64,000 nucleotides of DNA from Bacteroidota bacterium. GTDB lineage: Bacteria > Bacteroidota > Ignavibacteria > Kapaibacteriales > HRBIN21. Shown here piece after piece: positions 1 to 10,073 of this stretch. The stretch's first letter is position 1, and each line of letters begins with the position of its first letter. The notes beneath the pieces are model-generated. The model saw only the letters and a program-made list of their open reading frames with translations. It was not told where the DNA came from and did no database searches. The position numbers and the translations under genes were made by a program. Location: NCBI GenBank assembly GCA_030550395.1, contig JAUQPL010000001.1, forward strand, positions 332,756 through 396,755. Reading direction: 5' to 3'.

Positions 1-81
1 CCAACAAAGCCCTCCAGCAAGGGCTAAGAAAAGACAGCGTCCCCACCAAGTGTACAGCCCCAGAGCATTCCTATGGCTCAT
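1..81 (-). CDS. 5' end of a gene running off the window, signal-peptide-like N-terminus (partial)
   Basis: ATG at 81 on minus strand is open to the edge: MSHRNALGLYTWWGRCLFLALAGGLCW; co-oriented with the CDF gene and rho. Confidence 0.4.
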   Translation of the reverse strand, partial: MSHRNALGLYTWWGRCLFLALAGGLCW

Positions 82-211
82 TTCCACTTCCGACGGCTCA
101 ACTCCGCTGCGACACTGACGACTCACATCTCTAACGGTGGTAGCTCTGGAGCACTCCGATCCCTGCTCTCCTGTGGGACATATCCACTTTCTGACGCAGC
201 CCCGTTCTCCA

Positions 212-1150
212 TCACAAAGGCGCTAAGTCCTGGCACCGAGGACGGCGGAAGTCATCATGGGTTGGCGCATGCTCCTCGCCCTCCAGATGGGTCATAATAT
301 CGGCTCGGGTGGCAACAGCTTCGGCAACACGCTCTTCGGCTTCTGTGGCCAGCTTATGTGCCTGCTCAATCGGAGTTCCGTCGGCAAACTGGAGGTGGAA
401 ATCAATATAGACCTGCGGGCCGACCTCCCGCAGGCGAAAGCGATGATACCGAAGCCCATGCTCAGCACAGAAATCTTCTAATGCCCGCCGAGCCCGCTGC
501 TCCAGCTCCGGATTCGTCTGGTCCATGAGCCCATAAATAGCTCCACGAACCAACTGCACACCCTCTTTGGCCAGGTGAATCCCAACGAGACATCCCAGCA
601 GTGGATCCATTATCCACCATTCCGTCGCATTGATTAGAAGCAACCCAAGGACAGCCCCGGCGCTGGTCCAGACATCGGCTAGGACATGCTTTCCATCGGC
701 AATGAGCAGGGGGGAGCGAGAGCGTTTCCCTTCGCGAACCAGCAGTATGCCCAAGACCAAATTTGCCACCGCCGCCAGCAACGTGAAGGCGATCCCCTCG
801 CCTATATGCTGCAACACAACGCCTGTGAAGAGCTTTTCCACTGCTGTCATTGCAATAGCGGCAGCAGCTATCACGATCAGCCCCCCTTCAACCCCTGCGG
901 AAAAGTACATCGCCTTGAAGTGCCCGAAAGGATGTTCCCGGTCTGGAGGACGGAAGCTCACCCGGAGCGCATACCACGCTAGCGCAACTGCCAAGACATG
1001 GACAACCGACTCCAGCGCATCTGAGAAGATCACAACGGAACCCGTCACGATGTAGGCAGCCCACTTTGCCCCCAGAATTGCAATCCCTAACGCCAGAGAA
1101 GCATTCATCAGGCGGACATGGTTCTGGGGCGGTGCGGCTTCCAGCTGCAT
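212..1150 (-). CDS. Cation diffusion facilitator (CDF/FieF-like) metal transporter
   Basis: [25 protein letters not shown] motifs; about 6 TM helices; C-terminal domain with DFHL and THLE. Confidence 0.93.
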   Translation of the reverse strand: MQLEAAPPQNHVRLMNASLALGIAILGAKWAAYIVTGSVVIFSDALESVVHVLAVALAWYALRVSFRPPDREHPFGHFKAMYFSAGVEGGLIVIAAAAIAMTAVEKLFTGVVLQHIGEGIAFTLLAAVANLVLGILLVREGKRSRSPLLIADGKHVLADVWTSAGAVLGLLLINATEWWIMDPLLGCLVGIHLAKEGVQLVRGAIYGLMDQTNPELEQRARRALEDFCAEHGLRYHRFRLREVGPQVYIDFHLQFADGTPIEQAHKLATEAEERVAEAVATRADIMTHLEGEEHAPTHDDFRRPRCQDLAPL

Positions 1151-1165
1151 GACCCCAAGCCGGAT

Positions 1166-2515
1166 TTACTCGGTAATCAGAGTGTTGATCGTCGCCAGGA
1201 ATTCCCGATTGTTCCGGGTCCGGCGCATGTGCTCCAACAATAGCTCCATAGCCTCCACAGGGGGAAGCTCGCTTAAGACCTTTCGCAAGATCCAAACCCG
1301 ATTGAGCTCCTCCGGTGTCAAGAGTAGCTCTTCCCGGCGCGTACCCGAGCGATTTAGATCAATGGCAGGAAAGATTCGCCGCTCAGCCAGCTTGCGGTCC
1401 AGGACCAACTCCATGTTGCCGGTACCCTTGAACTCTTCAAAGATCACCTCGTCCATACGGCTGCCTGTTTCAATGAGCGCTGTGGCAATGACTGTCAAGG
1501 ATCCCCCCTCTTCAACCTTCCGTGCCGCACCAAAGAAACGCTTTGGACGATGGAGAGCATTGGCGTCAACTCCACCGGAGAGGATCTTTCCCGAATGAGG
1601 AATCACGGTGTTGTTTGCCCGCGCCAGACGCGTGATAGAATCCAGCAGGATCACCACATCGTGCTTGCACTCCACCAAACGCTTCGCTTTCTCCAGTACG
1701 ATATCGGCAACCTGCACATGACGCTCCGGCGGTTCATCAAAGGTAGAGGAAATCACTTCTGCCCCTCGGACGGAGCGCTGCATGTCGGTAACCTCCTCTG
1801 GGCGTTCGTCAATCAAAAGAATAATGAGTTTGACCTCAGGGTGATTGCGGCTAATGGCATTTGCTATCTGCTGTAAGAGAATGGTTTTCCCCGACTTCGG
1901 TGGAGCAACGATAAGTCCACGCTGTCCCTTGCCAATGGGGCACAGCAGGTCAATGATGCGGGTAGAATACTCATTCGGTACCGTCTCCAACCGAAAGCGT
2001 TCCGTGGGGTAGACGGGGGTCAAATCCTCAAACACCGGGCGGTCCTTGACCGCCTCCGGCGGCAGGTAGTTGACGGATTCAATCTTGAGCAAGGCAAAGT
2101 AGCGTTCCCCCTCCCTCGGTGGACGAACATGCCCCCGAATGGTATCCCCAGTCCGCAAGCCAAAGCGCTTGATTTGCGAAGGCGAGACATAGGCGTCATC
2201 GGGCGAAGGTAGATAACTGGACTCGGGCGAGCGCAGAAAACCATATCCTCCGTCAGAGGCGATTTCCAAGACTCCCTCCACAATGGAGACCCCAACTTCC
2301 TCGGCAGCTCGCGCTTGCTGTTCCCGAAGTAGCTGCCCTTGAGCCTCCAGGATGCGGAAGATCAAATCCTGCTTCCGCATATCAGCATAGTTGGGGATGC
2401 CGAGTGCACGAGCAATCTCAAAAAGCTCCGCAATCTTCCGGTTCCGCAGCGTCTCAACGTCAAAGACAGGAAGGGTCTCCGCTACCGGTCCATTTGTTCC
2501 TTCCCGCTCTTCCAT
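1166..2515 (-). CDS. rho: Transcription termination factor Rho
   Basis: GYGFLR RNP1, [19 protein letters not shown] Walker [23 protein letters not shown]. Confidence 0.99.
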   Translation of the reverse strand: MEEREGTNGPVAETLPVFDVETLRNRKIAELFEIARALGIPNYADMRKQDLIFRILEAQGQLLREQQARAAEEVGVSIVEGVLEIASDGGYGFLRSPESSYLPSPDDAYVSPSQIKRFGLRTGDTIRGHVRPPREGERYFALLKIESVNYLPPEAVKDRPVFEDLTPVYPTERFRLETVPNEYSTRIIDLLCPIGKGQRGLIVAPPKSGKTILLQQIANAISRNHPEVKLIILLIDERPEEVTDMQRSVRGAEVISSTFDEPPERHVQVADIVLEKAKRLVECKHDVVILLDSITRLARANNTVIPHSGKILSGGVDANALHRPKRFFGAARKVEEGGSLTVIATALIETGSRMDEVIFEEFKGTGNMELVLDRKLAERRIFPAIDLNRSGTRREELLLTPEELNRVWILRKVLSELPPVEAMELLLEHMRRTRNNREFLATINTLITE

Positions 2516-2844
2516 CCTTGTTGCCCACTCCAGTTGACCGACATATGTTCGTTACCCGCCTGACCCCTGGACTTCCTGCCCGTCTCTACTCCAAACGGTA
2601 CAGCCCGAGGAAGTAGACACTGCACGTGGAAGGATTCTGGAAGCCGTCGTGACCACCCCATTCCGTCAGGCGCGCAAGTATAGACGCATGACTACTGCCC
2701 CCATTGCTTTCCCACACCACAGTATCCCCGATACAGCATCCTTTTCTCCGACCCAGGCATAGAATCATCGGTAAGCCCGTCCACGTTTTGCACACCACCT
2801 ACAGCCTATCTGGCAAGTATGCACCCTTAGAAAGGCAGACCACA

Positions 2845-3564
2845 CTACAGCCACGAGGTCCAATGCTTCAGCGCACGTAGCCCGAGAAGGAGTCCTGTCA
2901 CTACGCCAAGCGCATACCACCATGGCATCGGAAGCCCCAGAGTTCCCGTCCAGCGCCACTGGAGCAAGGCTTCCATAACAGCAAAGCTCGCCACCGCCGT
3001 CCACCAGGTGGAGTATTCCCGTCGTAGGACAGAACGCCACCGGAACGGGAGCTCTGCAGGGCGGTAGCGGCAGAAACACAGAAGCAGCGCGGGGGTCTGT
3101 TCTGCCCAGCTTTGGAAACGAGCCCCAAAACGCCGTTGGAGAAAGGCCTCCTCCGCCAGCATAATGCGCTCGTACACCAGCGCGAACATCATCATCCCCA
3201 CAAGCCACAGCCACCAAATTGCCGGACGCAGAAGGACCCCAGACCACATAAGGGCATTGGCTGCATAGAGAGGATGCCGCAGCAGCGAATAGGCTCCCGT
3301 GGTGTTCAGCTCCTCTGCAACCTGTTCCCGTCGGTTCCGTCCCGAGGTTCCCTCAGGGACTTTACCCACAATCCACACACGCAGACATGCACCAGCACTG
3401 AGCATCAACAGGCATCCAATCTGCCACCACCCGGATCGGGCAAGTGGAGGGACGGTTTCCCATCGGATTGCAATGACACTTATCGGGAGCAGAAGGAGGG
3501 GGATCCATCCCCGATGTCGGAACAACCACTCCCCCTGCCGCCGAAGCGTTTCTGTAAGCACCAC
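2845..3564 (-). CDS. ICMT-family membrane methyltransferase, LmtA (lipid A 1-phosphate O-methyltransferase)-like
   Basis: GTSGRN..QVAEELNTTGAYSLLRHPLY and EE.FL..FG motifs; GTG at 3564 chosen by family N-terminus (ORF is open to 3612). Confidence 0.75.
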   Translation of the reverse strand: MVLTETLRRQGEWLFRHRGWIPLLLLPISVIAIRWETVPPLARSGWWQIGCLLMLSAGACLRVWIVGKVPEGTSGRNRREQVAEELNTTGAYSLLRHPLYAANALMWSGVLLRPAIWWLWLVGMMMFALVYERIMLAEEAFLQRRFGARFQSWAEQTPALLLCFCRYRPAELPFRWRSVLRREYSTWWTAVASFAVMEALLQWRWTGTLGLPMPWWYALGVVTGLLLGLRALKHWTSWL

Positions 3565-3652
3565 TTGAATCTCCCTTTCGCCCGAGCATAAGGAACGCAA
3601 GAAGGCGTCCACTTCGTGTAAAGACTTCGGAAAGTATCTGCAGAGAAAGGGC

Positions 3653-3660
3653 TAATTTTG
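3653..3660 (+). promoter_or_regulatory. Bacteroidota-type -7 promoter element (TAATTTTG) for the atp operon
   Basis: Exact TAnnTTTG in the divergent intergenic region. Confidence 0.55.
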
Positions 3661-3696
3661 TATGCTGAACTTGTCCCCGCCTCTCTTGTTGCAACG

Positions 3697-3945
3697 GTGG
3701 CAGCAAACACACAAGCGTCAGGAAAGCCGCCGATATGGAAAGAGCTGCTACCATATGCCAACCTTGGAATGACCATCGCGATTGCGTTGGTGGGCTGTGG
3801 TGCTGTCGGTTGGTGGCTGGATCAACAGCTCCGGAGTTCTCCAATCGGGCTCTTGAGCGGACTTGGCGTTGGCTGTGCCGTTGCCATGCGGGAAATCTGG
3901 AAGCTCATTCGCAAGCTCAACCGAAAGGAGGGATTCCACCTATGA
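3697..3945 (+). CDS. AtpZ/AtpI-family small membrane protein (first gene of atp operon)
   Basis: G.WLD....SP...L.GL..G two-TM signature; GTG at 3697 lies downstream of the promoter element. Confidence 0.85.
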   Translation: MAANTQASGKPPIWKELLPYANLGMTIAIALVGCGAVGWWLDQQLRSSPIGLLSGLGVGCAVAMREIWKLIRKLNRKEGFHL

Positions 3946-4259
3946 GTTTAGACACACTGACCGGGACCGCATGGGGGCTTGGGTTGTGTGTGGGGAACTT
4001 TGCTACTGCCTATCTTATCGCCCGATGGGCATTCCGTCGCTCCCTTCGGAGCTTTCTCCGATGGGTTCTCGGCGGAATGGTTGTGCGCCTGCTCCTCACC
4101 AGCGCCCTTGCCCTGTATCTGCTGACAGTTGTCCACGTTGAACCACTGAGCTTTGCGCTCTCCTTTACCCTTGGTGTCAGCGTGCTCTTGACAGCAGAAA
4201 TTCTGGACTTCCACCGTCGCTATGAGACCTTTCGTCTCCGCCCGCTCACCACGAGGTAG
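3942..4259 (+). CDS. ATP synthase protein I-like membrane protein
   Basis: ATG at 3942 overlaps the upstream stop (ATGA); hydrophobic 3-4 TM with GMVVRL; directly upstream of atpB. Confidence 0.75.
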   Translation: MSLDTLTGTAWGLGLCVGNFATAYLIARWAFRRSLRSFLRWVLGGMVVRLLLTSALALYLLTVVHVEPLSFALSFTLGVSVLLTAEILDFHRRYETFRLRPLTTR

Positions 4260-4271
4260 GAAACCACTGCC

Positions 4272-5198
4272 ATGAGCGCTGCCCATACCAGATCGGATGG
4301 GAATGTCTTCACGCACCTGCTCGGGGAGTTAGGGGATCACCACGGCTTTTACGTGGGTCCGTACAAGGTTGCTGAGCTCCCGATTATCCTTTGGGACAAC
4401 GGACAGCTCCATATCTACCCCTCCTCCGCAGCTATGGAAGCAGGCCGATTGTACCGCATGGAGCAAGGACATCCGGTACGGGTTACCGATGGACAGAAAC
4501 CGACATTGGACCTGTCCATCACCAACTTGGTCGTGTACCAGTGGATTGGCATTGCACTCCTGGGACTTTTCCTCTGGCGTTCCTTGCGGCGCTACCGTCA
4601 GAACCCCTTAGAGCCACCTCGTGGGCTGCAGAACGCAATAGAGGCAATCGTCGTGTTCCTCCGCGATGAGGTTGTCCGCCCCAACATTGGCTCTACTGGT
4701 CTTGCCAATGGCTTGCTCCCATACTTCCTGACGCTCTTCTTCTTCATCCTCATCCTAAACCTCCTGGGGCTGATTCCGGGTGGACACACGGCAACGGGCT
4801 CGCTCGCCGTCACAGGAGCATTAGCCTTGACTGCCTTCGTCGTCATCAACGGAGGAGCTATCGCAACCATCGGATTCAAGAAATGGCTTCAACATCTTCT
4901 CGGCGGAGGACCCCTATGGCTGAGTCCTATCCTTGTGCCGATTGAAATCATCGGGATGTTTGCTAAAGCCTTTGCTCTCTGTGTCCGATTGTTTGCGAAT
5001 ATGACCGCAGGACATATCGCCCTGCTGTCACTGGTCGGATTGATCTTCTTCTTCGAGACAGTGCTTATCGCGCCGATATCGGTTGCGTTCTCTGTGTTTG
5101 TATACTGTCTAGAAACCCTGGTGGCATTCTTGCAAGCGTACATCTTTACGATTTTAACGGCTGTCTTTCTAGGTTTAGCCAGTGAAGAGACGCACTAA
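4272..5198 (+). CDS. atpB: F0F1 ATP synthase subunit a
   Basis: ALCVRLFANMTAGH, LQAYIFT. Confidence 0.98.
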   Translation: MSAAHTRSDGNVFTHLLGELGDHHGFYVGPYKVAELPIILWDNGQLHIYPSSAAMEAGRLYRMEQGHPVRVTDGQKPTLDLSITNLVVYQWIGIALLGLFLWRSLRRYRQNPLEPPRGLQNAIEAIVVFLRDEVVRPNIGSTGLANGLLPYFLTLFFFILILNLLGLIPGGHTATGSLAVTGALALTAFVVINGGAIATIGFKKWLQHLLGGGPLWLSPILVPIEIIGMFAKAFALCVRLFANMTAGHIALLSLVGLIFFFETVLIAPISVAFSVFVYCLETLVAFLQAYIFTILTAVFLGLASEETH

Positions 5199-5274
5199 CA
5201 AGGAAACCAGCGGCTGCCAATAGCAGTCGTCAGAATAAGGGTATGGTTCCACAAACACATGCAGGGATAGACCC

Positions 5275-5505
5275 ATGGAACTCGGATTGGCGTGGTTAGC
5301 TGCAGGTATCGGGGTTGGCATTAGTGTCTTGGGCGCTGGCACAGGCATTGGACGCTTAGGAGCGGCAGCTCTGGAGGCCGCCAGCCGACAGCCGGAAACA
5401 GCCGCCGAGACCCGTACGCTCATGCTCATCGCTGCTGCCCTCATTGAGGGAATTGCCCTGATCGCCTGCATCGTCTGTATCCTACTGGCGGTTAAAACTG
5501 CCTAA
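5275..5505 (+). CDS. atpE: F0F1 ATP synthase subunit c
   Basis: GxGxG helix, RQP loop, ALIEG carboxylate. Confidence 0.98.
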   Translation: MELGLAWLAAGIGVGISVLGAGTGIGRLGAAALEAASRQPETAAETRTLMLIAAALIEGIALIACIVCILLAVKTA

Positions 5506-5527
5506 CCTCTGCGGGGGAGGATAGACC

Positions 5528-6025
5528 ATGCCGAACTTTTTGGAGGTTTCTCCAGGGTTGCTCTTCTGGACGCTGGTCAATTTTGGAATCTTCCTGATAC
5601 TGGTAGCCCGCTATGCGTGGAAACCCCTTCTGCAGGCCCTAGAGCAGCGGGAGCAACGCATTGCCGAATCTTTGAACTATGCGGAGCAGGCACGTCGGGA
5701 AGCTGAACGGCTGCTCCAAGAGGCTCAAGAACAACTGCGGGTTGCTCAACAAGAGATGCAGCGCTTAGTCCGGGAAGGCAAACAACAGGCGGAAGCCTTC
5801 CTGCGAGAAGCCGCAGAGCAGGCTGAACATATCAAGCGACAAAAACTCGAGGAAGCCGAGCGCGAAATCCACCGACAACTGGAACGCGCTTATGCTCAGC
5901 TATACGCTGATGTGGTAAACTTAGTACTGGAAGGCACAACTCAGCTGCTCCAGCAGACATTGGATTCCACTGCCCATCGGCAATTAGTGGAGTCCTTCCT
6001 TGCAGAAGTTGCACGGCACAACTGA
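5528..6025 (+). CDS. atpF: F0F1 ATP synthase subunit b
   Basis: PGLLFWT.VNF, AWKPL...L..RE, coiled coil; GGAGG SD. Confidence 0.97.
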   Translation: MPNFLEVSPGLLFWTLVNFGIFLILVARYAWKPLLQALEQREQRIAESLNYAEQARREAERLLQEAQEQLRVAQQEMQRLVREGKQQAEAFLREAAEQAEHIKRQKLEEAEREIHRQLERAYAQLYADVVNLVLEGTTQLLQQTLDSTAHRQLVESFLAEVARHN

Positions 6026-6029
6026 CCGA

Positions 6030-6629
6030 ATGTCCCCGTTGCGGATTGCTCGGCGATATGCCACTGCGCTCCTGAAAATGGCACAGGAGCAGGGAGAGCA
6101 TGACCGTATCTACGACGAACTCCAACAACTGCGTGCTGTCATCCAGAGCTCGTCCGAGCTGCGCGCCTTCCTGCGCAATCCCATCATTCGCAGCGAGCGG
6201 AAACGAGCCGTCCTGGACGAGCTATTCCGCAGCCGAGTCCACCCACTGCTCCTCCACTTCCTCTTTCTGCTGGTGGACAAGCGCAGGGAAGCACTCCTTC
6301 TGGATATCATCACCGCATACGAGGAACTCTACTTCCAGTACACCGATCGCTTAGCTGTCACGGTCCGCTCCGCCATCCCTTTACCAGAGGACTTACAGGA
6401 GAGGCTCATAACTGCATTGCACGAGCGGACAGGTAAGACCATTGTTCCTCACTTCCAGGTTCGTCCAGAACTCCTCGGGGGTGTCCAACTCCAGATTGGG
6501 GACACCATCATTGACGGCACCTTACGTCACGCCTTGAAGCGCCTCCATCAACATCTTCTACAGAATATCCCGGCTCACTGGTCCTCTCACTCTGGTCAAG
6601 TAAGTCTCCCCACAAACCACGAACCATGA
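6030..6629 (+). CDS. atpH: F1 ATP synthase subunit delta
   Basis: [20 protein letters not shown]...IGD..IDGT; ATG at 6030. Confidence 0.96.
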   Translation: MSPLRIARRYATALLKMAQEQGEHDRIYDELQQLRAVIQSSSELRAFLRNPIIRSERKRAVLDELFRSRVHPLLLHFLFLLVDKRREALLLDIITAYEELYFQYTDRLAVTVRSAIPLPEDLQERLITALHERTGKTIVPHFQVRPELLGGVQLQIGDTIIDGTLRHALKRLHQHLLQNIPAHWSSHSGQVSLPTNHEP

Positions 6630-8188
6630 TTGAACTGCGCCCGGAAGAAATCTCAACTATCCTACGCCGTCAACTGAGCGGCTTTGAAAAAGAGGTAGAC
6701 ATCTACGACGCCGGGACCGTTCTCCAAGTTGGCGACGGGGTCGCCCGCGTCTACGGGCTCCGCCAATCAATGATATCAGAATTGGTGGAATTCCCCAACG
6801 GCGTTGTGGGCATGATCCTCAACCTGGAGGAGGATCACGTCGGTGTTATCCTCTTTGGGGACGACCGATTAGTAAAGGAAGGCGACATTGTCCGCCGTAC
6901 CGGACGCGTCGCATCCGTACCGGTGGGCGAAGAGCTTTTGGGACGCGTGGTCAATCCTTTAGGGATTCCGCTGGATGGGAAAGGCCCTATTAATGCCAAA
7001 CAGTACCTGCCAATTGAACGGAAAGCTGTTGGGGTCATTTACCGACAACCGGTCAAGGAACCGCTCCAGACAGGCATTAAAGCCATTGACGCCCTCATTC
7101 CGATTGGACGGGGACAGCGGGAGCTTATCATCGGAGACCGCCAAACGGGAAAGACTGCTTTAGCTATTGACACAATCATCAACCAAAAGTACACTCACAC
7201 ACCGGAGGCACAGCGGCGCGGGATTAAACCCGTTTACTGCATCTACGTCGCTATCGGACAGAAAGCCTCCACCGTTGCCAATGTCGTGGCGACCCTGCGG
7301 GAATACGGGGCAATGGACTATACGATCGTCGTCGCAGCAAACGCCTCTGACCCTGCTCCGCTGCAGTATATTGCCCCGTACTGTGGAGCTTCCATGGGCG
7401 AATATTTCCGGGATACAGGTCGTCATGCACTCATCGTCTACGACGACCTTTCCAAACAAGCAGCCGCTTACCGACAGGTTTCTCTCCTCCTGCGTCGCCC
7501 ACCAGGGCGGGAAGCCTATCCCGGAGACATCTTCTACGTCCACAGCCGCCTCCTTGAACGCGCCGCCAAACTCAGCGACGAACTGGGCGGCGGATCACTT
7601 ACCGCCCTGCCTATCATCGAAACACAGGCAGGCGACGTTGCTGCCTACATTCCTACCAACGTGATCTCCATTACCGATGGGCAGATCTACTTGGAAACTG
7701 GACTCTTCAACGCAGGAATCCGCCCAGCAATGAACATTGGGATCTCCGTCTCTCGAGTCGGCGGTAATGCACAAATCAAAGCGATGAAGCGGGTTGCCGG
7801 TCCACTCAAGATCGAGCTGGCAATGTACCGCGAACTGGAAGCCTTCGCAAAATTTGGCTCTGACCTGGATCCCACAACACAGAGACAGCTACGGCGCGGT
7901 GCCCGGCTGGTGGAAATCCTCAAGCAACCACAGTACTGCCCAATGCCCGTGGAGGAGCAGATCGCTATCCTCTACGCCGCAACCAATGGATGGCTAGATG
8001 AACTGCCAGTGGAGCTGATCTCCTCCTTTGAGCGGGAATTCCTGGAGTACCTACGAACCTTCCACCGACACGACATTCTGGAAGCGATTCTGGACACGCA
8101 AGATCTCACCCCGCAAATTACACAGCGACTCGATGAAGCGCTCCAACGCTTTAGTGCGGAATTCCGCAAACAGCACCTATCAGCATGA
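6626..8188 (+). CDS. atpA: F1 ATP synthase subunit alpha
   Basis: [26 protein letters not shown]. Confidence 0.99.
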   Translation: MIELRPEEISTILRRQLSGFEKEVDIYDAGTVLQVGDGVARVYGLRQSMISELVEFPNGVVGMILNLEEDHVGVILFGDDRLVKEGDIVRRTGRVASVPVGEELLGRVVNPLGIPLDGKGPINAKQYLPIERKAVGVIYRQPVKEPLQTGIKAIDALIPIGRGQRELIIGDRQTGKTALAIDTIINQKYTHTPEAQRRGIKPVYCIYVAIGQKASTVANVVATLREYGAMDYTIVVAANASDPAPLQYIAPYCGASMGEYFRDTGRHALIVYDDLSKQAAAYRQVSLLLRRPPGREAYPGDIFYVHSRLLERAAKLSDELGGGSLTALPIIETQAGDVAAYIPTNVISITDGQIYLETGLFNAGIRPAMNIGISVSRVGGNAQIKAMKRVAGPLKIELAMYRELEAFAKFGSDLDPTTQRQLRRGARLVEILKQPQYCPMPVEEQIAILYAATNGWLDELPVELISSFEREFLEYLRTFHRHDILEAILDTQDLTPQITQRLDEALQRFSAEFRKQHLSA

Positions 8189-9150
8189 AGATCTTGCTGA
8201 CCGGTGGAGCCGGCTTTATCGGAAGCTGCTTCCTGTGGAAGCTCAACCAAGAGGGAATTACCGACGTCATCGTTGTGGATAACCTTCATAACGACCGTAA
8301 ATGGCGGAACCTCCTTGGGAAACGCTTTCGGGAATTTGTCTCCAAAGATGCACTTTTCCCAAGGCTCCTTCGCGGGGACTTTGGGCACCTGGATGCCATC
8401 GTCCACTTAGGAGCACGGACTGACACGACTAACACTGAGCTTGCCACCCTGCTGATGGACAATTACGAATACAGCAAGACCTTAGCACGGTACGCCGTCG
8501 AACACGGTATCCGCTTCCTCTACGCCAGTAGTGCCGCCACATACGGTGCCGGTGAACAGGGATTCCAGGAATGCCAGCTCTGGCAACTGCACCCGCTCAA
8601 TGCCTACGGCTTCTCCAAGCACCTCTTCGACTGCTGGGCAGCAGCTGAAGGAATTCTGGATCAGGCCGTGGGAGTAAAACTCTTTAACGTCTATGGCCCA
8701 AACGAGTATCACAAGGGACCCATGGCAAGCCTGGTTTGGAAGGGCTTCCAACAAATCCAACACAGTGGACGCCTGCGGCTCTATAAATCCCACGTGCCTC
8801 AATACAGCGATGGGGAACAAAAGCGGGACTTCGTCTACGTTAAAGATGTCGTGGAAGTCCTCTGGAAACTCCTACTCCATCGAGAGCTCCATGGGCTATA
8901 CAACGTCGGCACTGGTCAGGCACGAAGCTGGAATGAACTTGCCCAAGCCCTCTTCGCTGCCATGGGTCGCACACCGGAAATAGAGTATGTCCCCATGCCT
9001 GAAGAACTCCGCTCGCAATATCAGAACTTTACTCAGGCTGACATCACAAAGCTCCAGCACAGCCCTGCCGCTCACCTGTTTACTCCTCTGGAGGAAGGAG
9101 TGCAGGACTACGTACAGGGATATCTTCTTTCCGGACGCTTGTACCTTTAA
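8185..9150 (+). CDS. rfaD: ADP-L-glycero-D-manno-heptose 6-epimerase
   Basis: [51 protein letters not shown]. Confidence 0.95.
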   Translation: MKILLTGGAGFIGSCFLWKLNQEGITDVIVVDNLHNDRKWRNLLGKRFREFVSKDALFPRLLRGDFGHLDAIVHLGARTDTTNTELATLLMDNYEYSKTLARYAVEHGIRFLYASSAATYGAGEQGFQECQLWQLHPLNAYGFSKHLFDCWAAAEGILDQAVGVKLFNVYGPNEYHKGPMASLVWKGFQQIQHSGRLRLYKSHVPQYSDGEQKRDFVYVKDVVEVLWKLLLHRELHGLYNVGTGQARSWNELAQALFAAMGRTPEIEYVPMPEELRSQYQNFTQADITKLQHSPAAHLFTPLEEGVQDYVQGYLLSGRLYL

Positions 9151-9165
9151 AGCAGTGCCATCGCG

Positions 9166-10050
9166 ATGGCAACGCTTCGGGACATTCGGCGCCGTATCCA
9201 GGCTGTTCGCAATACAGCAAAGATCACTGCAGCAATGCGAATGGTCTCGGCAGCCAAGCTCCGTCGAGCTCAGGAAGCCATTTGGGCTGCCCGTCCCTAT
9301 GCCCGAAAGCTTACAGAAATCCTCTGGCACCTGGCCGGAACGACCCAGGACTTCGTCCATCCCTTCTTTGAACGCCGCAAGGAGCTGTCCAGAATTGCCC
9401 TCATAGTGGTTACCGCCGACCGAGGACTCTGCGGTAGTTTCAACAACAACGTTCTCCGCGCCGCTGTCCAGCACATTGAACGATTCCACCAGGACTTTCC
9501 TCGGGCTACGGTCGAAATTCTTGCCGTTGGGCGCCGGGGGCTGAACTTTTTCCGCAAACGTGCTCGTGAAGTCATCGCTTATGAAAAACCGGATGCTTTC
9601 TCGCCCCTTCGCTACACAACAGCCCAAGAACTGTCTCGCTTCGTCATGGACGCTTATCTGACGGGGCATTACGATCGGGTGGAGGCCATCTACAACGAAT
9701 TCCGCTCCATCCTCCGTCAAGAAGTTCGCCATGAGCTGATTCTTCCCATCCTTCCACCAGAGGGTCAACAGCAGCCCCACCGTACGGAGTACATCTATGA
9801 GCCTTCGCAGGCGGACATTCTGAATGCTCTGCTACCACTATCGGTCCAGACTCAGCTGTGGCGCATTCTCTTGGATTCCCACACCGCCGAACACGCCGCA
9901 CGGATGCTGGCGATGGAAAACGCCACAACCAATGCTTACGAGCTCATTCGCCACCTGCAGCTTCAGTACAACAAAGAACGGCAGGCCTCCATTACAAAAG
10001 AGATGGTGGAAATCACCAGCGGTGCGGAAGCACTACGCTCACACGGATAG
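9166..10050 (+). CDS. atpG: F1 ATP synthase subunit gamma
   Basis: KITAAMRMVSAAKL, DRGLCGSFN, RQASITKE. Confidence 0.99.
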   Translation: MATLRDIRRRIQAVRNTAKITAAMRMVSAAKLRRAQEAIWAARPYARKLTEILWHLAGTTQDFVHPFFERRKELSRIALIVVTADRGLCGSFNNNVLRAAVQHIERFHQDFPRATVEILAVGRRGLNFFRKRAREVIAYEKPDAFSPLRYTTAQELSRFVMDAYLTGHYDRVEAIYNEFRSILRQEVRHELILPILPPEGQQQPHRTEYIYEPSQADILNALLPLSVQTQLWRILLDSHTAEHAARMLAMENATTNAYELIRHLQLQYNKERQASITKEMVEITSGAEALRSHG

Positions 10051-10073
10051 TCAGACCAAAGAAACAGCCAACC

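Noticed and set aside
8896-9780. 294-aa minus-strand ORF, and similar long antisense ORFs (22273-23070, 40689-41549, 62855-63634)
   Set aside because: Each lies opposite a strongly supported CDS; expected in GC-rich DNA
3697-10050. N-ATPase or defective operon because atpD/atpC are missing
   Set aside because: atpH is present and subunit c lacks the Na+-binding signature; a separate atpDC locus is known in FCB-group bacteria
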